A DNA stretch of 64,000 nucleotides from Candidatus Moanibacter sp. (GCA_965215885.1 CBDCEW010000036.1:19410-83409); one strand, 5' to 3'; counted from the stretch's first letter, positions 28,200 to 39,710 are shown. Notes: generated from the sequence alone by a model not told the origin. Numbers and translations are program-made.

Positions 28200-29861
28200 A
28201 TGAGAGAGCTCCCTACAGTCAAGCGATTGGGTGATCGTCTACTCGATTGCGGTCTGATTACCCATCAGCAGCTCGAACTCGCTCTGCGAGAGCAGAAACG
28301 AACCGGCGATCTAATTGGTGTTACCCTGCAGGAGCTTGGATTCGTTAAGGAGCAGGATATTGCCGCCTTTCTCGCACAGGATGCTCAGACTGAGGTTATC
28401 GATATTCTAGAGGCGGAAATCGATCCCAATCTCTCTTCGTTAATTCCTTACGACCTGGCTAAACAGTTTATCATTATTTCTTTCAGGCAGGATGGTGATA
28501 CGCTTTCCCTTGCGATGTCAGATCCGTTCAACGTTATCGCGATCGATACGGTTGAGCAATTGACCCACCTGAAGATAAGAGTGCTGACAGCTCCTGCGCC
28601 TCAGATCCTGGAGAGACTGGTAAGCCTCTATGAAGAAGGCAATCTCCTCGACCAGACGATCAATGAACTGATGAGAATCGATGGTGAAGGCGGGGATACG
28701 GATGATACAGCACCGATGATTCGATTTGTTGATGAGATCCTTTTTCAGGCTGTAAAAATGGAGGACAGCGATATCCACTTTGAGCCGGATGAACGTGTAC
28801 TTCGGATTCGTATTCGGGTGGATGGTATTCTTCAACCCTATTTGCTTGTTCCCAAGGATCTGCAGGACTCAATTTCCGCGCGGCTCAAGGTGCTCGGGAA
28901 TCTTGATGTCGCGGAGTGTCGGCTTCCGCAGGACGGACGCGCAAGTTTAACGAAAGGCCATCGCGAAATTAATCTGAGGATTTCGACGATGCCTACCTGC
29001 TATGGTGAGAGTGTGGTTTTGCGGATTCTCGACGGTAGCAGCGCGGTTCCACTTCTCTCGGCGCTGGGGATGGAATCCAAAGAGGAAAGCCTCATCCTCA
29101 ATTCCGTCGCCAAACCACATGGCATCATTCTTGTCACGGGGCCGACGGGAAGCGGAAAAACGACTACCCTCTACACTACACTCAATGCCGTCAATGCCGC
29201 GGAACGAAGCATTCTCACGCTGGAAGACCCTATTGAATATCGGCTTGGAGGTGTCCGTCAGACGCAAATTAACGAAAAAATCGGTCTAACCTTTGCAGGC
29301 GGTCTCCGGAACTTGCTGCGACAGGATCCGGATGTCATTCTGGTCGGTGAGACTCGCGACAGGGAAACGGCACAGCTGATGGTCCGCGCTGCTTTGACCG
29401 GACATCTTGTCCCGAGTTCTCTCCATACGAACGATTCCATCAGTGCGATTCCCAGATTGATCGATCTGGAAGTGGAGCCATTTCTCCTTCCTGCTACCCT
29501 TCAGTTGGTTATTGCTCAGCGCCTCGTGCGACGGCTTTGCTCACATTGCAGGGAGGAAATCTCCGAGGCCCGTTCCCTCCTCGAGGAATTACCGGTTCCT
29601 TTGGATAAGGAGGAGTCCTTTCGGCTTTGGAGATCAGGGCAGTGCTCGGTTTGCAACGATTCCGGATACCGGGGACGAATAGGTATCTACGAATTGCTTA
29701 ACATCGACGATGATTATCACTCCATTCTGCCAACGGGGGACGTTGAAAAAATTCGGTCACTCGCCTTGGAAAAAGGGCTCATACCTCTTCTTCGTAATGG
29801 TGTGAAAAAAGCAACGGAGGGTATTACGACTCTCGAGGAAGTCTTCCGGGTCTCTCAATAA
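28200..29861 (+). CDS. PilB/GspE/MshE-family assembly ATPase with MshEN domain
   Basis: RLGDRLLDCGLITHQQLELALREQ, SDIHFEP, LPQDGR, Walker A GPTGSGKT, LRQDPDVILVGE, tetracysteine motif. Confidence 0.93.
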   Translation: MRELPTVKRLGDRLLDCGLITHQQLELALREQKRTGDLIGVTLQELGFVKEQDIAAFLAQDAQTEVIDILEAEIDPNLSSLIPYDLAKQFIIISFRQDGDTLSLAMSDPFNVIAIDTVEQLTHLKIRVLTAPAPQILERLVSLYEEGNLLDQTINELMRIDGEGGDTDDTAPMIRFVDEILFQAVKMEDSDIHFEPDERVLRIRIRVDGILQPYLLVPKDLQDSISARLKVLGNLDVAECRLPQDGRASLTKGHREINLRISTMPTCYGESVVLRILDGSSAVPLLSALGMESKEESLILNSVAKPHGIILVTGPTGSGKTTTLYTTLNAVNAAERSILTLEDPIEYRLGGVRQTQINEKIGLTFAGGLRNLLRQDPDVILVGETRDRETAQLMVRAALTGHLVPSSLHTNDSISAIPRLIDLEVEPFLLPATLQLVIAQRLVRRLCSHCREEISEARSLLEELPVPLDKEESFRLWRSGQCSVCNDSGYRGRIGIYELLNIDDDYHSILPTGDVEKIRSLALEKGLIPLLRNGVKKATEGITTLEEVFRVSQ

Positions 29862-29875
29862 CGCCGATAACCGCC

Positions 29876-31090
29876 ATGCCTCATTATCAGTACAGCGGAA
29901 TCGATACATTAGGTAACAAAGTTTCCGGTTGGATGAACGCGGCGAGTGAGCCATTGCTCGAGTCACGACTCAGGAAGGAACGCATTTGGCTCTTAAGAGC
30001 AAAGCAATCGAAGAAGAGGAGTGGGGCTGGGCAATTCGCAGGGCGGAAAAGACGTATAAAGATCAGGCGGCGAATTCTCGTCAACTTTTTCCTGCAGCTG
30101 TCGCTACTTCTCCGCGCGGGGATCACTTTGCCAAGAGCATTGAAACGGTTGGCTGCAGATTTTCGCTCCAACCCTCTTGGAACGGTAATTGAGGACCTGT
30201 TGCGGCAGGTAGACAGTGGGGTTCCTTTTTTTGAGACTTTGCAAAGCTATCCGTCTATCTTTACTTCGCATATGTCGGCGATGGTTCACGCAGGCGAATT
30301 AAGCGGAAAGCTGCCCGATGTGATCGACGAATTACGCCGCTATCTTGAATGGATGGACCGCCTGATGTTGGATATCAGGCAGGCTCTCCTTTATCCACTC
30401 ATCGTATTTTGTGCCTCCCTGGCGTTTATGCTTATGCTCTTCTCCTTCGTGGTTCCTCGGTTTGTCGTCGTCTTTGAGAGCTTTTCCCTGAAGTTACCGG
30501 CCATAACGCAACTGGTGATGAATGTCAGCGGCTTCATACAAGCCTACTGGGCGATCTGGTTGGGGATCGGATTCCTTTTTTTAGGGTTTCTGTGCTTGAG
30601 TCGTAGAATCGGGCTTCTGGGTATCTTCAGGGATCGATTGTTGATGAGGATACCGCTATTCGGAAAGTTGGTACAGATCTTTGCCTTGTCCCGGTTCTGT
30701 AACAATCTGGCGATGCTCTACAAGGCCGGTATCCCCCTCCTCAAAGCCATCGAGATCTGCAAATATCTTGTCGGAAACCATGTTGTCAGGATCGCTTTGG
30801 GGGAAGTGCACAAGGGAGTGAAAGAGGGTATTCCCATGAGTACGATCATGTCACGATACAGCGTCTTCACCAACACGCTTGTAACTGTAGTGTCAACCGG
30901 CGAGGCGTCCGGCAACCTCGATGTCGCAATGAGTAATCTGGCAGCCTACTACGACGAATTGATCCCGCGTCAGATTAAGACAGTCTTCTCTGTCTTTGAG
31001 CCGATCATGATGCTTGGTCTGATCGGCGTAGTCGGCGTTGTCGCGGTGTCGCTTATTCTTCCCATCATCCAGCTTTGGCAATCGGTGTGA
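29876..31090 (+). CDS. PilC/GspF inner-membrane platform protein
   Basis: LLRAGITL, AGELSGKL, ALLYP, GEASGNL, FEPIM. Confidence 0.92.
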   Translation: MPHYQYSGIDTLGNKVSGWMNAASEPLLESRLRKERIWLLRAKQSKKRSGAGQFAGRKRRIKIRRRILVNFFLQLSLLLRAGITLPRALKRLAADFRSNPLGTVIEDLLRQVDSGVPFFETLQSYPSIFTSHMSAMVHAGELSGKLPDVIDELRRYLEWMDRLMLDIRQALLYPLIVFCASLAFMLMLFSFVVPRFVVVFESFSLKLPAITQLVMNVSGFIQAYWAIWLGIGFLFLGFLCLSRRIGLLGIFRDRLLMRIPLFGKLVQIFALSRFCNNLAMLYKAGIPLLKAIEICKYLVGNHVVRIALGEVHKGVKEGIPMSTIMSRYSVFTNTLVTVVSTGEASGNLDVAMSNLAAYYDELIPRQIKTVFSVFEPIMMLGLIGVVGVVAVSLILPIIQLWQSV

Positions 31091-31107
31091 ATTGCGAGAG
31101 AGCAGGC

Positions 31108-32298
31108 CCAATGCCCCTTGTCGATCAATACCCGCGGCAGAAGTGTGACGCATTTCTCAGTCTTGATCACTATCAGTTGCTGGTCGAAGCCGGGTTGGGA
31201 TTGTTGAGCAGCTTGGGGCATCTTGAGGAACTTCTCGACAACACTTTGGACTACGCATTGCGGATTACTCGTGCTCAGGCCGGTAACGTTTACCTCGTTC
31301 AGGACGATACTCTAAAATTTCGTGCATCTCGAAATCTCATTCTAGATGCGCAGGGTGGAGCAAACTTTCGCGAGGAGAAACGTAGTGCGCTCTCCGAAGA
31401 CAAAATTGCGGGCCATGTCGCCCTCACCGGTGAGCTCCTCTTCATTGAGGACGTCTACAATCTGCCTTCTCATCTTCCCTTTCATTTTGCTCGAGAGATT
31501 GACCAGGATTCCGGATTCAGGACGCAGTCCATGCTGGTCATTCCTTTGATTGGTTTGGAGAATCGAATAACCGGGGTTCTTCAGCTGATTAATCATCAGA
31601 ACGAAATCGGAGTGGCACCGTTTCCTCCGTCGCTCGAAATCGCCGCCCGTACACTCGCCGCCGAGGTAGGAGTAAGCCTGCAGAATACGTTACTTCAGCA
31701 GCAACTTCGGTCAGCCGAAGAGGAAACCGTTTACCGTCTATGTCTAGCCGCCGAAACCCGCGATAACGAGACCGCGGGGCACCTTCACCGTACCAGTCGC
31801 TACATGCATCTGCTCGCCTTTAGTTTTAGAGGGCAGCGAATTTGGGCCAAACGCCTCGAGGCCTCAGCGCCTTTGCATGATATCGGGAAAATTGGAATAC
31901 CCGACGGTATCCTTAACAACAACGGCCCTTTGACCGCCCCTGAGTGGGAAACTATGCGCACCCACACGACCATAGGACACCGGATTCTGGTTGGCAGCTC
32001 GTCTGACCTGCTCAGGCTGGGAGCAGATATCGCTTTGTCTCATCATGAGAAGTGGGACGGCAGTGGTTACCCCCAGGGAATTTCGGGTGAAACCATACCT
32101 ATTGAGGGCCGATTGATGGCTCTGGTCGATGTTTTTGATGCTTTAACCACCCGCCGGCCTTACAAGGACGCATGGCCCCTGAGAGACGCGTTTGCTCACA
32201 TCCGGAAGGAAAGTGGGCGTCACTTCGATCCTTCCCTCGTAGAACTCTTTTTCGAGAACCGTGAAGCTGTCGTCTCCATCTATAAGAGGTTTAGTTAA
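31108..32298 (+). CDS. GAF plus HD-GYP c-di-GMP phosphodiesterase
   Basis: GAF segment FRTQSMLVIPL...GVLQLIN, then LHDIGKIGIPD, HHEKWDGSGYP, DVFDAL..RPYK. Start approximate. Confidence 0.9.
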   Translation, partial: PMPLVDQYPRQKCDAFLSLDHYQLLVEAGLGLLSSLGHLEELLDNTLDYALRITRAQAGNVYLVQDDTLKFRASRNLILDAQGGANFREEKRSALSEDKIAGHVALTGELLFIEDVYNLPSHLPFHFAREIDQDSGFRTQSMLVIPLIGLENRITGVLQLINHQNEIGVAPFPPSLEIAARTLAAEVGVSLQNTLLQQQLRSAEEETVYRLCLAAETRDNETAGHLHRTSRYMHLLAFSFRGQRIWAKRLEASAPLHDIGKIGIPDGILNNNGPLTAPEWETMRTHTTIGHRILVGSSSDLLRLGADIALSHHEKWDGSGYPQGISGETIPIEGRLMALVDVFDALTTRRPYKDAWPLRDAFAHIRKESGRHFDPSLVELFFENREAVVSIYKRFS

Positions 32299-32369
32299 CT
32301 AACCCGGAATTCTCACTGGAATTACGCGTCAACAGCAAAGCTGAAACTGAGAAGATTGAGAGCTAGCTA

Positions 32370-33170
32370 ATGAAAACATCGGTTTCGAGAGAGAAGGTGG
32401 GATTTTCCCTCATTGAGATTATTGGAGCGCTCTCGATCATTGCGATTCTATCGGCCGTTCTCGCTCCCAATATTCTAAAATCCATCGATCGTGCCAAGGT
32501 CGCGGGCGAGAGCGATAACTTAGGGGTCTTGGGCGACCAGATAAAACTCTATCTCCGTGAAAACAATGCACTCCCCACGCCATCCAACTGGGCCGACCGG
32601 CTCTCCTCATATTCGGACCTCAATGCAGACGCCATAGCCAACAATCGACAAAACGTAGCCCGCTCCTTTATTCGAGATCGTTCGACTCTTCCTGTGGTCC
32701 GCATCCTTATCCTTTCGAGTATGCGAAATGGACTAAACCTGCCAGTCGAGGCGAATATCGGAACGGTCGCGTTTGATGAGATCTGGAATACCGCCGACGG
32801 CCAGATCCCACCTGCCTCCTCGTGGGGCGGATGGAATAGTTGGAGCAGTGTCGAAGTCGCCCGTGATTATCTCGTAATCCAGCGAGTGAACCTTCAAACG
32901 GTTTATCAGACCGATCTGCTCACCTATACGGTAAGCCTCAATAATATCTCCTCGGTCGAATGCAGCTACAACATTGTGAGCGCAGACGGGTCTAGTATCC
33001 CTGCCGTAGATCTTCACGGAAATTCGACTCAATCACTCACGGGTTTTATGAAGGGCGATAGGATCAATCTCTACCGAAGCTCGAATGGGTCGAACCTTGG
33101 CTACAGTTATGTTGTCAGCGATTCCGGGATGACATTCGATTTCGATGGGAGTGCTTGGAGACCACTCTAA
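32370..33170 (+). CDS. Type IV prepilin-like protein (minor pilin)
   Basis: G/FSLIEIIGALSIIAIL. Confidence 0.85.
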   Translation: MKTSVSREKVGFSLIEIIGALSIIAILSAVLAPNILKSIDRAKVAGESDNLGVLGDQIKLYLRENNALPTPSNWADRLSSYSDLNADAIANNRQNVARSFIRDRSTLPVVRILILSSMRNGLNLPVEANIGTVAFDEIWNTADGQIPPASSWGGWNSWSSVEVARDYLVIQRVNLQTVYQTDLLTYTVSLNNISSVECSYNIVSADGSSIPAVDLHGNSTQSLTGFMKGDRINLYRSSNGSNLGYSYVVSDSGMTFDFDGSAWRPL

Positions 33171-33212
33171 GAATCTGTCCGGCTTAGAATTCCTAACATA
33201 AAGCGCGAATCT

Positions 33213-34733
33213 ATGAGTTTGTTGATTGCAGAACGATCTTCAACCACCGTGGCCTCAGAAGACGGGGAGAGGTCGGTTAATCTGTCGAGTCGCAGATTGG
33301 ACAGAAGGGAGACTGATTGTGCGGCCCACTACAGAGAGAAAAAGGGCGATAAATTGAGTATAGCCTGGTTCTATGGCGAATTTAGAGCAGGGGTCATTCG
33401 AAATTCCACCCTTATTCGAACTTGGGAAAGCCCTACGTTAGTTGATGGGTCCGATTCGTTCGCCCGTGCTCTGGATTTGGCTGTAGGGAATCTTCGGTTT
33501 TCAGGAAAAGATGTATCCCTACTCCTCGAAATTGAAGGTTTCAGCCATCATGTCGAGAGTGTGCCTAATGCTTCGAATTCGATTCAGCGTAGGGTTCTCT
33601 ATCGTCGTGTAGAGCAGTACGCCGAAACCGAAGAGAGCGGAGTTCAATGGGCATTTCAAAGAGCTCATGGCAATGGCTCCGGCATGAATTTCATCTTACA
33701 TATTCTGCCGAATCGCGTCTTTGAAGATATAAGAGCTGCCATGGCGAAACATAATCTCAATTTGACCAGAGTCGTTTCCCTTTATGCTCTTTTTCACGGC
33801 GCCATAAAGAGACTATCACTTCAGGGCGATCAGATTGTTTTGATTGCCTCCCAGATAGGAGGAGCGATCGCGTTGGTCGCTTGCCGTTGCGACGGCCAGA
33901 TCCTTTTTGGGAGAACGCTTCTTGCGAGTTGGAAGAGTGATTTGAGTCGAGTGGAAACGGAGATCAACCGTTCCATCCTATTCGTGCGGCAGCAATTCAA
34001 TCTCTCAATCAGTCGAATCGTTCTTTTGGGAGAGGGTGCCGAGGCCGTGAAAGCTGGTATGTCCTCGAAATATGGAAATGTCTATGAAATCATAGCCCGC
34101 CGATGGGAACCATTCAAATGGCTGAGTGAAACCGTCAAGCTCTCTCTCCGGCATCATGCTAATCTCGTCGGCGTCTATTCTTGGAGAAAACGTAGAAGAA
34201 GGGTCTTCAGTCAGCTTCTCGGCGGCTTTTGCTGGCTGATTTTCGCTGTTTCAATTTTTACGTGCTTTGATACTGAGCAAAGGCTCGACATTCTCAAACT
34301 CAGGTTGGGAGTACTCAGCCAGAGACTGGAAACTCTCACTCAACGCAGGGACTATCTCGTGCAGCGTAATGCAGAAGGCTGGTCTGACTTTCAGATTATA
34401 GCCGAAACTGTCGATAATCGAAAGCCCCCGGCTGCTTTACACTTTCTGAACCATTCCGCTGAGCATCTTCCATCCAATCTTCGTCTGACACAGTTCATGA
34501 TGAAATCGACGAAAGACGATTCCACTTGGAAGTTTCGCTTCGACGGCCTGGGTGAATCTGACGCGAATGAGACTGTGGTGGCGCTGCAGGAGTTTGAAGA
34601 GATCTTGCGCAGCGGTCCGTTTCGTGTGTCCGTGACTTTGAGCAATAATTCCGAGGTGGGAAGCTTATTTGCCCGCAGGAGTTCTTCGAATCCACCAGGC
34701 TTTTTTATTGAAGGAGAATTTCTCAGATTGTGA
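33213..34733 (+). CDS. Probable PilM/PilN-like (GspL-like) alignment protein
   Basis: Operon position, cytoplasmic domain with ETEINRSILF, single TM helix, coiled coil and a PilN-like tail. Confidence 0.55.
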   Translation: MSLLIAERSSTTVASEDGERSVNLSSRRLDRRETDCAAHYREKKGDKLSIAWFYGEFRAGVIRNSTLIRTWESPTLVDGSDSFARALDLAVGNLRFSGKDVSLLLEIEGFSHHVESVPNASNSIQRRVLYRRVEQYAETEESGVQWAFQRAHGNGSGMNFILHILPNRVFEDIRAAMAKHNLNLTRVVSLYALFHGAIKRLSLQGDQIVLIASQIGGAIALVACRCDGQILFGRTLLASWKSDLSRVETEINRSILFVRQQFNLSISRIVLLGEGAEAVKAGMSSKYGNVYEIIARRWEPFKWLSETVKLSLRHHANLVGVYSWRKRRRRVFSQLLGGFCWLIFAVSIFTCFDTEQRLDILKLRLGVLSQRLETLTQRRDYLVQRNAEGWSDFQIIAETVDNRKPPAALHFLNHSAEHLPSNLRLTQFMMKSTKDDSTWKFRFDGLGESDANETVVALQEFEEILRSGPFRVSVTLSNNSEVGSLFARRSSSNPPGFFIEGEFLRL

Positions 34734-35947
34734 GGGAACTTAGATCTTGGTGCCTTTTGTGAATGTTGTGCGAAAAATCCTCCCGCTTAAGAATGAACTG
34801 AAGAGCGGGCGCTTCTGGCTGAAGCATATCCACTGGGTAGCTCCTTTGGCAGCGACTTTCTTGATGCTTACGTGGACCTACGGGATCCACGCCCCAGGGA
34901 TTCGAAAGATTCTGCATGAAAATCACGGCCTTTTCGCTCTGGAAGCGGAGATTGAAAGCCTCGAATTGGCTTTTTCAGAACAGCAGGTCTTGGATTTTTC
35001 GATTCGATCGAAGGATGCGGAGATTTTTCTACTGCGAAATACGGGCGAAGCGGAGTCGATGTTAGACACCATTGAAGAGAAAGCAACTCTTCTAGGATGG
35101 AATTCCCGTTTCGGACAGGGTAAAAGGATTCCAGGAAGCAACTAGCTGATAAGCAAGAAGATAAAAAAAGAGCTAAACAAACCCGAGGGAATCAGTCATG
35201 TTAAGATGGGATGAAAGACAAAAAATCTTACCAACTGAATCCTTCGATAGATCGTTTAACTCTGCGTCTGGTCCTGCCCGAAGAGCAGGAGCGATTCAAT
35301 GATCTATTGAAACAACATCATTATTTACACAGTGCGGGCAGCGCAGGAGAGACCCTGCGCTATGTGGCGCAGATCGACGGGCAATGGATGGGCCTGCTCT
35401 TGTGGGGGGCCGCATCCTACCGGCTGAAGGATCGAGACGAATGGATCGGGAGGGACGGGGCGCAACGGCATGCACGATTGAAACTGGTAGTACAGAACCG
35501 GCGTTTTCTGATTTTGCCCGGGGTGGATCTTGCAAATTTGGCCTCCAAGACGTTGGGTATGTGCCTGAGAGTCTTAGCCGATCACTGGCAGGAGGCTTTT
35601 GGCTATCGTCCCTTAGTAGCGGAAACGTTCGTGGACCCACAGATTCACCGGGGCACTTGCTACGAAGCGAGCGGGTGGACGCCCTTGGGCTTGAGCGCGG
35701 GATATGGCCGCCAACGCGAAGATTTCTATCAACGCCATGAGCGTCCCAAGCAGATCTGGGTCAAACCCCTCAAGGCTAATGCCCTTGAGCTTTTGCGCGC
35801 TTCAGGGCCATTGCCCGCGGCACAGAGCCAGGCGCTCAATGAAACCGATAACTCCCATGCGGTCTGCCTCAAAGTGGAACAGATGAGCAGCCTGTGGGAA
35901 CGCTTCAATCAGATAGAAGACTTCCGTCGTAAAGCGGGCCTTAGATA

Positions 35948-37864
35948 GACCTTATCCGAAAAGCTACTGATTGGCCGCAAAGAGGCGCAAAAGGCGCAAG
36001 AAAAACTTGAGAAAAATCATTTTTTGGCTTGATAAAAAGTGTCGCAACATGCTAGTGTTTAACAACCTAAGATTAAGAAAGGAGTTAAACATGCCAACAT
36101 GTGCGACAGAGGAGAACAAAAGCGATAAGACGCCCCTTAGCAACCTCATTCTGCCGGTTCCAGACACGGATTTCCGTGATTTTCTGGATGAAGTTGAAGA
36201 ATTGGCCGGGTTCGCGGCGCAAATCATCGAGGCGATCGAGAAGGATCTGGACGCCCATGCGCGTGAGAAGAAGAAACTTCGATTGGAAGATCGCAGGTTC
36301 TTTGAAGGGCGCACAGCGGAGCTGCCGGAGCTGGACATCGAGGAGGAGAATATTCTGGCTGCTGAATTGAATCTTGGGGCAGGCCGGCCGCGGATGCCGG
36401 CTTATGCGGTATACGTGTTCGTGATGATTCGAGGGTTTCTGGGTTCGTTGACCACGAAACCGGCACGGCGGTTTGTGCGCGAGTCGATGAGCTTGTACGG
36501 ATTTTTGCAGAGCGGGGGACTGAGAATGCCGGCGGTGACGACGATTCTGGAGAACGTGAACCTGGTCAGCCATACGACCCGCGAGTTGATCTTTGATAAA
36601 CAGATTGGGTTTATCCTCCAGGAGCAATGGGACGATTTCGGGAAGCTGACGATCGACAGCACCTCGGTGAAAGCAAACAGCTGCTGGCCCACCGATGGGA
36701 AGATTCTGAGCGGTCTTTTGATGCGGGCCAATCGTTTGGGTCAGAAGTTGCATGTCTTCGGGCTGGAGGATTTTCGCAAGGGATGGGTTGGGCGTTGGCT
36801 GGAGGAAATGGACAAGCTGGAGTTTCAGATTTGTCTGGCCGCGGGCAAACCGAAGTCGAAGGGCAAGCTGAAGAAACACTACCGGCGGTTGCTCAAGCGG
36901 GGCCGCAAGGCGGCCGACTCACTAACGGGGGAACTGAGCCATCTTGAAGAGGGCCTGTCGATGGATTCACTGCCTCCCACTCGCCGGGAGCTTCTGGAGC
37001 GGGCATTGAGCCAGATCAGGGGCGATATTGCCGACGCCAAGCGGGTTGTTGAGTATGCTCATGATCGGGTGTTTCACGAAAAGAAGCTACCGTCCACACA
37101 GAAGGTCCTGAGCCTCTCGGACGGATCGGCGGCCTACATCAAGAAGGGCAGCCGCAATCCAGTGATCGGGTACAAGCCACAACTGGTTCGCAGCGAAAAC
37201 GGTTTTGTCACCAGCCTGATCGTACCGCAAGGCAACGCGGCAGACTCCATTGAGCTGGCGCCGGCCATCGGCGATTCGATCAAGCGCACCGGTGTCATTG
37301 CTGAACTGGTCAGCACCGATGACGGATATGCTTCGGCGAAGGGACGCAAGGAGGTGCTGAGCATGGGGGTAAAGCAGATCAGTATCAGTGGGGCGAAGGG
37401 CAAGAAGTTGACCACCCCCGAGGACTGGGAGAGCGAGGCGTATCGCGAGGCACGCCGCGATCGCTCCGCAGTGGAGTCGCTGATGTTCACGATTAAAGAT
37501 GGATTTGCCTTTGGCGAACTCGGCCGCCGCGGCATCGATGCGGTAGGCGATGAACTGCTCGAGAAGGTTCTGGCCTACAACTTCTGCCGCATCATACTGA
37601 TGAAGAAACGCCGAGGGGAGGAACTGGAACAGGCAGCCTGAATCTGACCGCTTTGAAGCTCAGAGAAAAAAGCACCACGGGATGAGTATGCCTCCAGACA
37701 GCGGCAAATATACGTATTGTGCAGCAAGCCACGCCGATGGCCGCTCAATACCTGCTCATCGGCAGCGCCGGCAGCCTAAAACCCGAAACCTGCCAGCCAT
37801 AGGCTGGTCCGCCCGTGGCGGAGAACCTTAAACCGCCCGCTCGAAAGGCTTTTCGAATGGGGTC
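35948..37864 (+). mobile_element. ISNCY/IS5-like insertion sequence, copy 1
   Basis: IRs GACCTTATCCGAAAAGC / GACCCCATTCGAAAAGC (reverse complement). 6-bp target duplication TAGATA at 35942-35947 and 37865-37870. Confidence 0.9.
36091..37641 (+). CDS. DDE transposase (ISNCY/IS5-like)
   Basis: GRPRM, IDSTSVKANSCWPTD, STDDGY, RSAVESL. Start uncertain; the ORF is open from 35971. Confidence 0.85.
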   Translation: MPTCATEENKSDKTPLSNLILPVPDTDFRDFLDEVEELAGFAAQIIEAIEKDLDAHAREKKKLRLEDRRFFEGRTAELPELDIEEENILAAELNLGAGRPRMPAYAVYVFVMIRGFLGSLTTKPARRFVRESMSLYGFLQSGGLRMPAVTTILENVNLVSHTTRELIFDKQIGFILQEQWDDFGKLTIDSTSVKANSCWPTDGKILSGLLMRANRLGQKLHVFGLEDFRKGWVGRWLEEMDKLEFQICLAAGKPKSKGKLKKHYRRLLKRGRKAADSLTGELSHLEEGLSMDSLPPTRRELLERALSQIRGDIADAKRVVEYAHDRVFHEKKLPSTQKVLSLSDGSAAYIKKGSRNPVIGYKPQLVRSENGFVTSLIVPQGNAADSIELAPAIGDSIKRTGVIAELVSTDDGYASAKGRKEVLSMGVKQISISGAKGKKLTTPEDWESEAYREARRDRSAVESLMFTIKDGFAFGELGRRGIDAVGDELLEKVLAYNFCRIILMKKRRGEELEQAA

Positions 37865-39188
37865 TAGATATCGGCTCGCCACGGTCCTGAGCATGATTGT
37901 GCTCGGCACGATGTGCGGCAAACGACCCTCAAGGGCATCGTGCGCCTGGCCCATCATCTCAATCAAGCCCAATTGCGCGCCTTACGCTCCTGGAAAAACC
38001 CCAAAACAGGCCGCTATAAGGCCCCTTGCTATGATGTCTTCTATCGGGTCTTGCAAAACGTAAAGGCCGAGCTCTTCGATAAAACCCTCACCGAATTCAT
38101 CTGCTTACAAGACGGCTGTTTGCCCCGCGATATTGCCGTCGACGGCAAGACCCTCAAAGGCACAAACACCGAAGAATCAAAGGCTCTGCACCTGGTGGCC
38201 GCAGTCGATCACCAAAGCGCTCAAACCTTAGCCCAAGTCGCTACCGCCGATAAATCCAACGCGATCACCGCCGCCCAGACTCTCTTGCGAAAGATGCCCA
38301 TTTTGGACGGCTCCACCTTCACCTTCGACGCCATGCATAATCAAAAAGAAACTGCCCACATCGTCGTCGAAGAACTCAGTGCTGACTATGTTATTCAAAT
38401 TAAAGACAATCAGCCCAACATGCATCAATACGCTCAGAATCTCTTCAGCTCCACCCCCTTTTTCTCCACCAAACCGTGGACAATGACCATGGGCGACTCG
38501 AAATACGTCAAATAGCAACCCATTCTCTAAGCGCTCCCTCTGCCGGCCTGCCCCATGCCCGCCAGTTCGCCTGTGTGCAACGCACCTTCCATTATCCAAA
38601 CAAAGCTGAACCTTCCTCTGAACGCTCTTACTACGTAAGCAGTCTCGATCCCGCCGATTTGAGCCCTCAACAGTTCCTCTCGAAAATTCGCAACCATTGG
38701 TCGATCGAAAATAAAAATCATTACCCCAGGGATCGCTTCTTCGATGAAGATCGATGTATGATCCGTAATCATAACGCAGCCAGAATTCTTGCTGCATGCA
38801 GGCAACTGGTTCTCAGCCTCAAGTCTTCCATGGGCGCTGAATCCACTCCCGCACTCTGTGATGATTTCGTCTTTAACTTACATAAGGCCATCAATATCAT
38901 CACCTAATGCTCCGAGAATCAAAATACCGTGTCGTTTCGGAGACGGGCCGGAGTATTCATATCAGACTTCGTCGGAATCCCCTGTGCGTTACAGCTGCTA
39001 CCGCTTCGAACTTCTACCTTCTTCCAGAGCTGAGGCGGGTGACGAATCCTACTCGAAGCTCCTGGAACTTCTGAACCACGTTGATAAGCTGGAAAAACAT
39101 ATCGACGTGATGCGGCTATCCATCAAAACCGAGGGCGAGTTGATAAAACAGGTGGTGATGTTATTGAGAATGGCCGTAAGAGTATAAT

Positions 39189-39710
39189 ATGTCGATTCTT
39201 CCAAATAATCTGATTTTCGCCTTTGGAATTCTTATCCTGGGCGCAATGGCTCTTGGTTTGAAGGCCTTTGAAGGCGACCCGGTTTCTGTGTATGATATCG
39301 GCTTTACGGGCAAGTTGTTCTCGGTGCCGGACCTCAACCTGAAAAAGGCTGAGCTATTCAGAGAGCTGACGAGTTACGAGCGAATGTCGAAGATAAGGGA
39401 CCCTTTCCGATTTTCGAAAAGGAAGTCGGTTTCGGAGGATAAATTCACTTTAGAAAACTCCTTTAGGGTCGAAGAAATTGAACTCTCGGCCATTTGGCGA
39501 CAGGGAGACATCACACTCATTCTGTTGAATGATCGGATTTATGAGGTGGGGGATGATGTTGGTAATGCCAGGATCGAGGAGGTGCAGGATAACGGAGTTT
39601 TGCTATCCCATCCCGGAGGGCGAAGTTTAGTTGAGGTGGGGAATTCCTTGACGTTCGAATTCCCGGCTGTGGAGGAGAAGCTGAAACCGTTTACAGGGAA
39701 TGAATTATAA
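39189..39710 (+). CDS. Pilus-cluster accessory protein (PilP/MshK-like)
   Basis: RDPFR, ELSAIW, LLNDRIYEVGDDV. Lies directly before the secretin. Confidence 0.55.
   Translation: MSILPNNLIFAFGILILGAMALGLKAFEGDPVSVYDIGFTGKLFSVPDLNLKKAELFRELTSYERMSKIRDPFRFSKRKSVSEDKFTLENSFRVEEIELSAIWRQGDITLILLNDRIYEVGDDVGNARIEEVQDNGVLLSHPGGRSLVEVGNSLTFEFPAVEEKLKPFTGNEL

Larger units (their letters stand above)
35116..38931 (+). mobile_element. ISAs1-family element (DUF4338-fused), copy 1, carrying a nested IS
   Basis: Same ends as 42208-44101. Flanks CCGTTTCGGA / TCGTTTCGGA (9 of 10 match). Extra 1-nt deletion near 37923. Confidence 0.92.
34747..39187 (+). pseudogene. Probable PilO-like protein split by the ISAs1 composite
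   Basis: Removing the IS and one target copy joins ...LGWNSRFG to DGPEYSY...AVRV* in frame. Confidence 0.7.

Noticed and set aside
35211..35948. Complete Druantia defence system
   Set aside because: The DUF4338 domain is part of the IS transposase, and no DruE-like helicase or other Dru genes are present.
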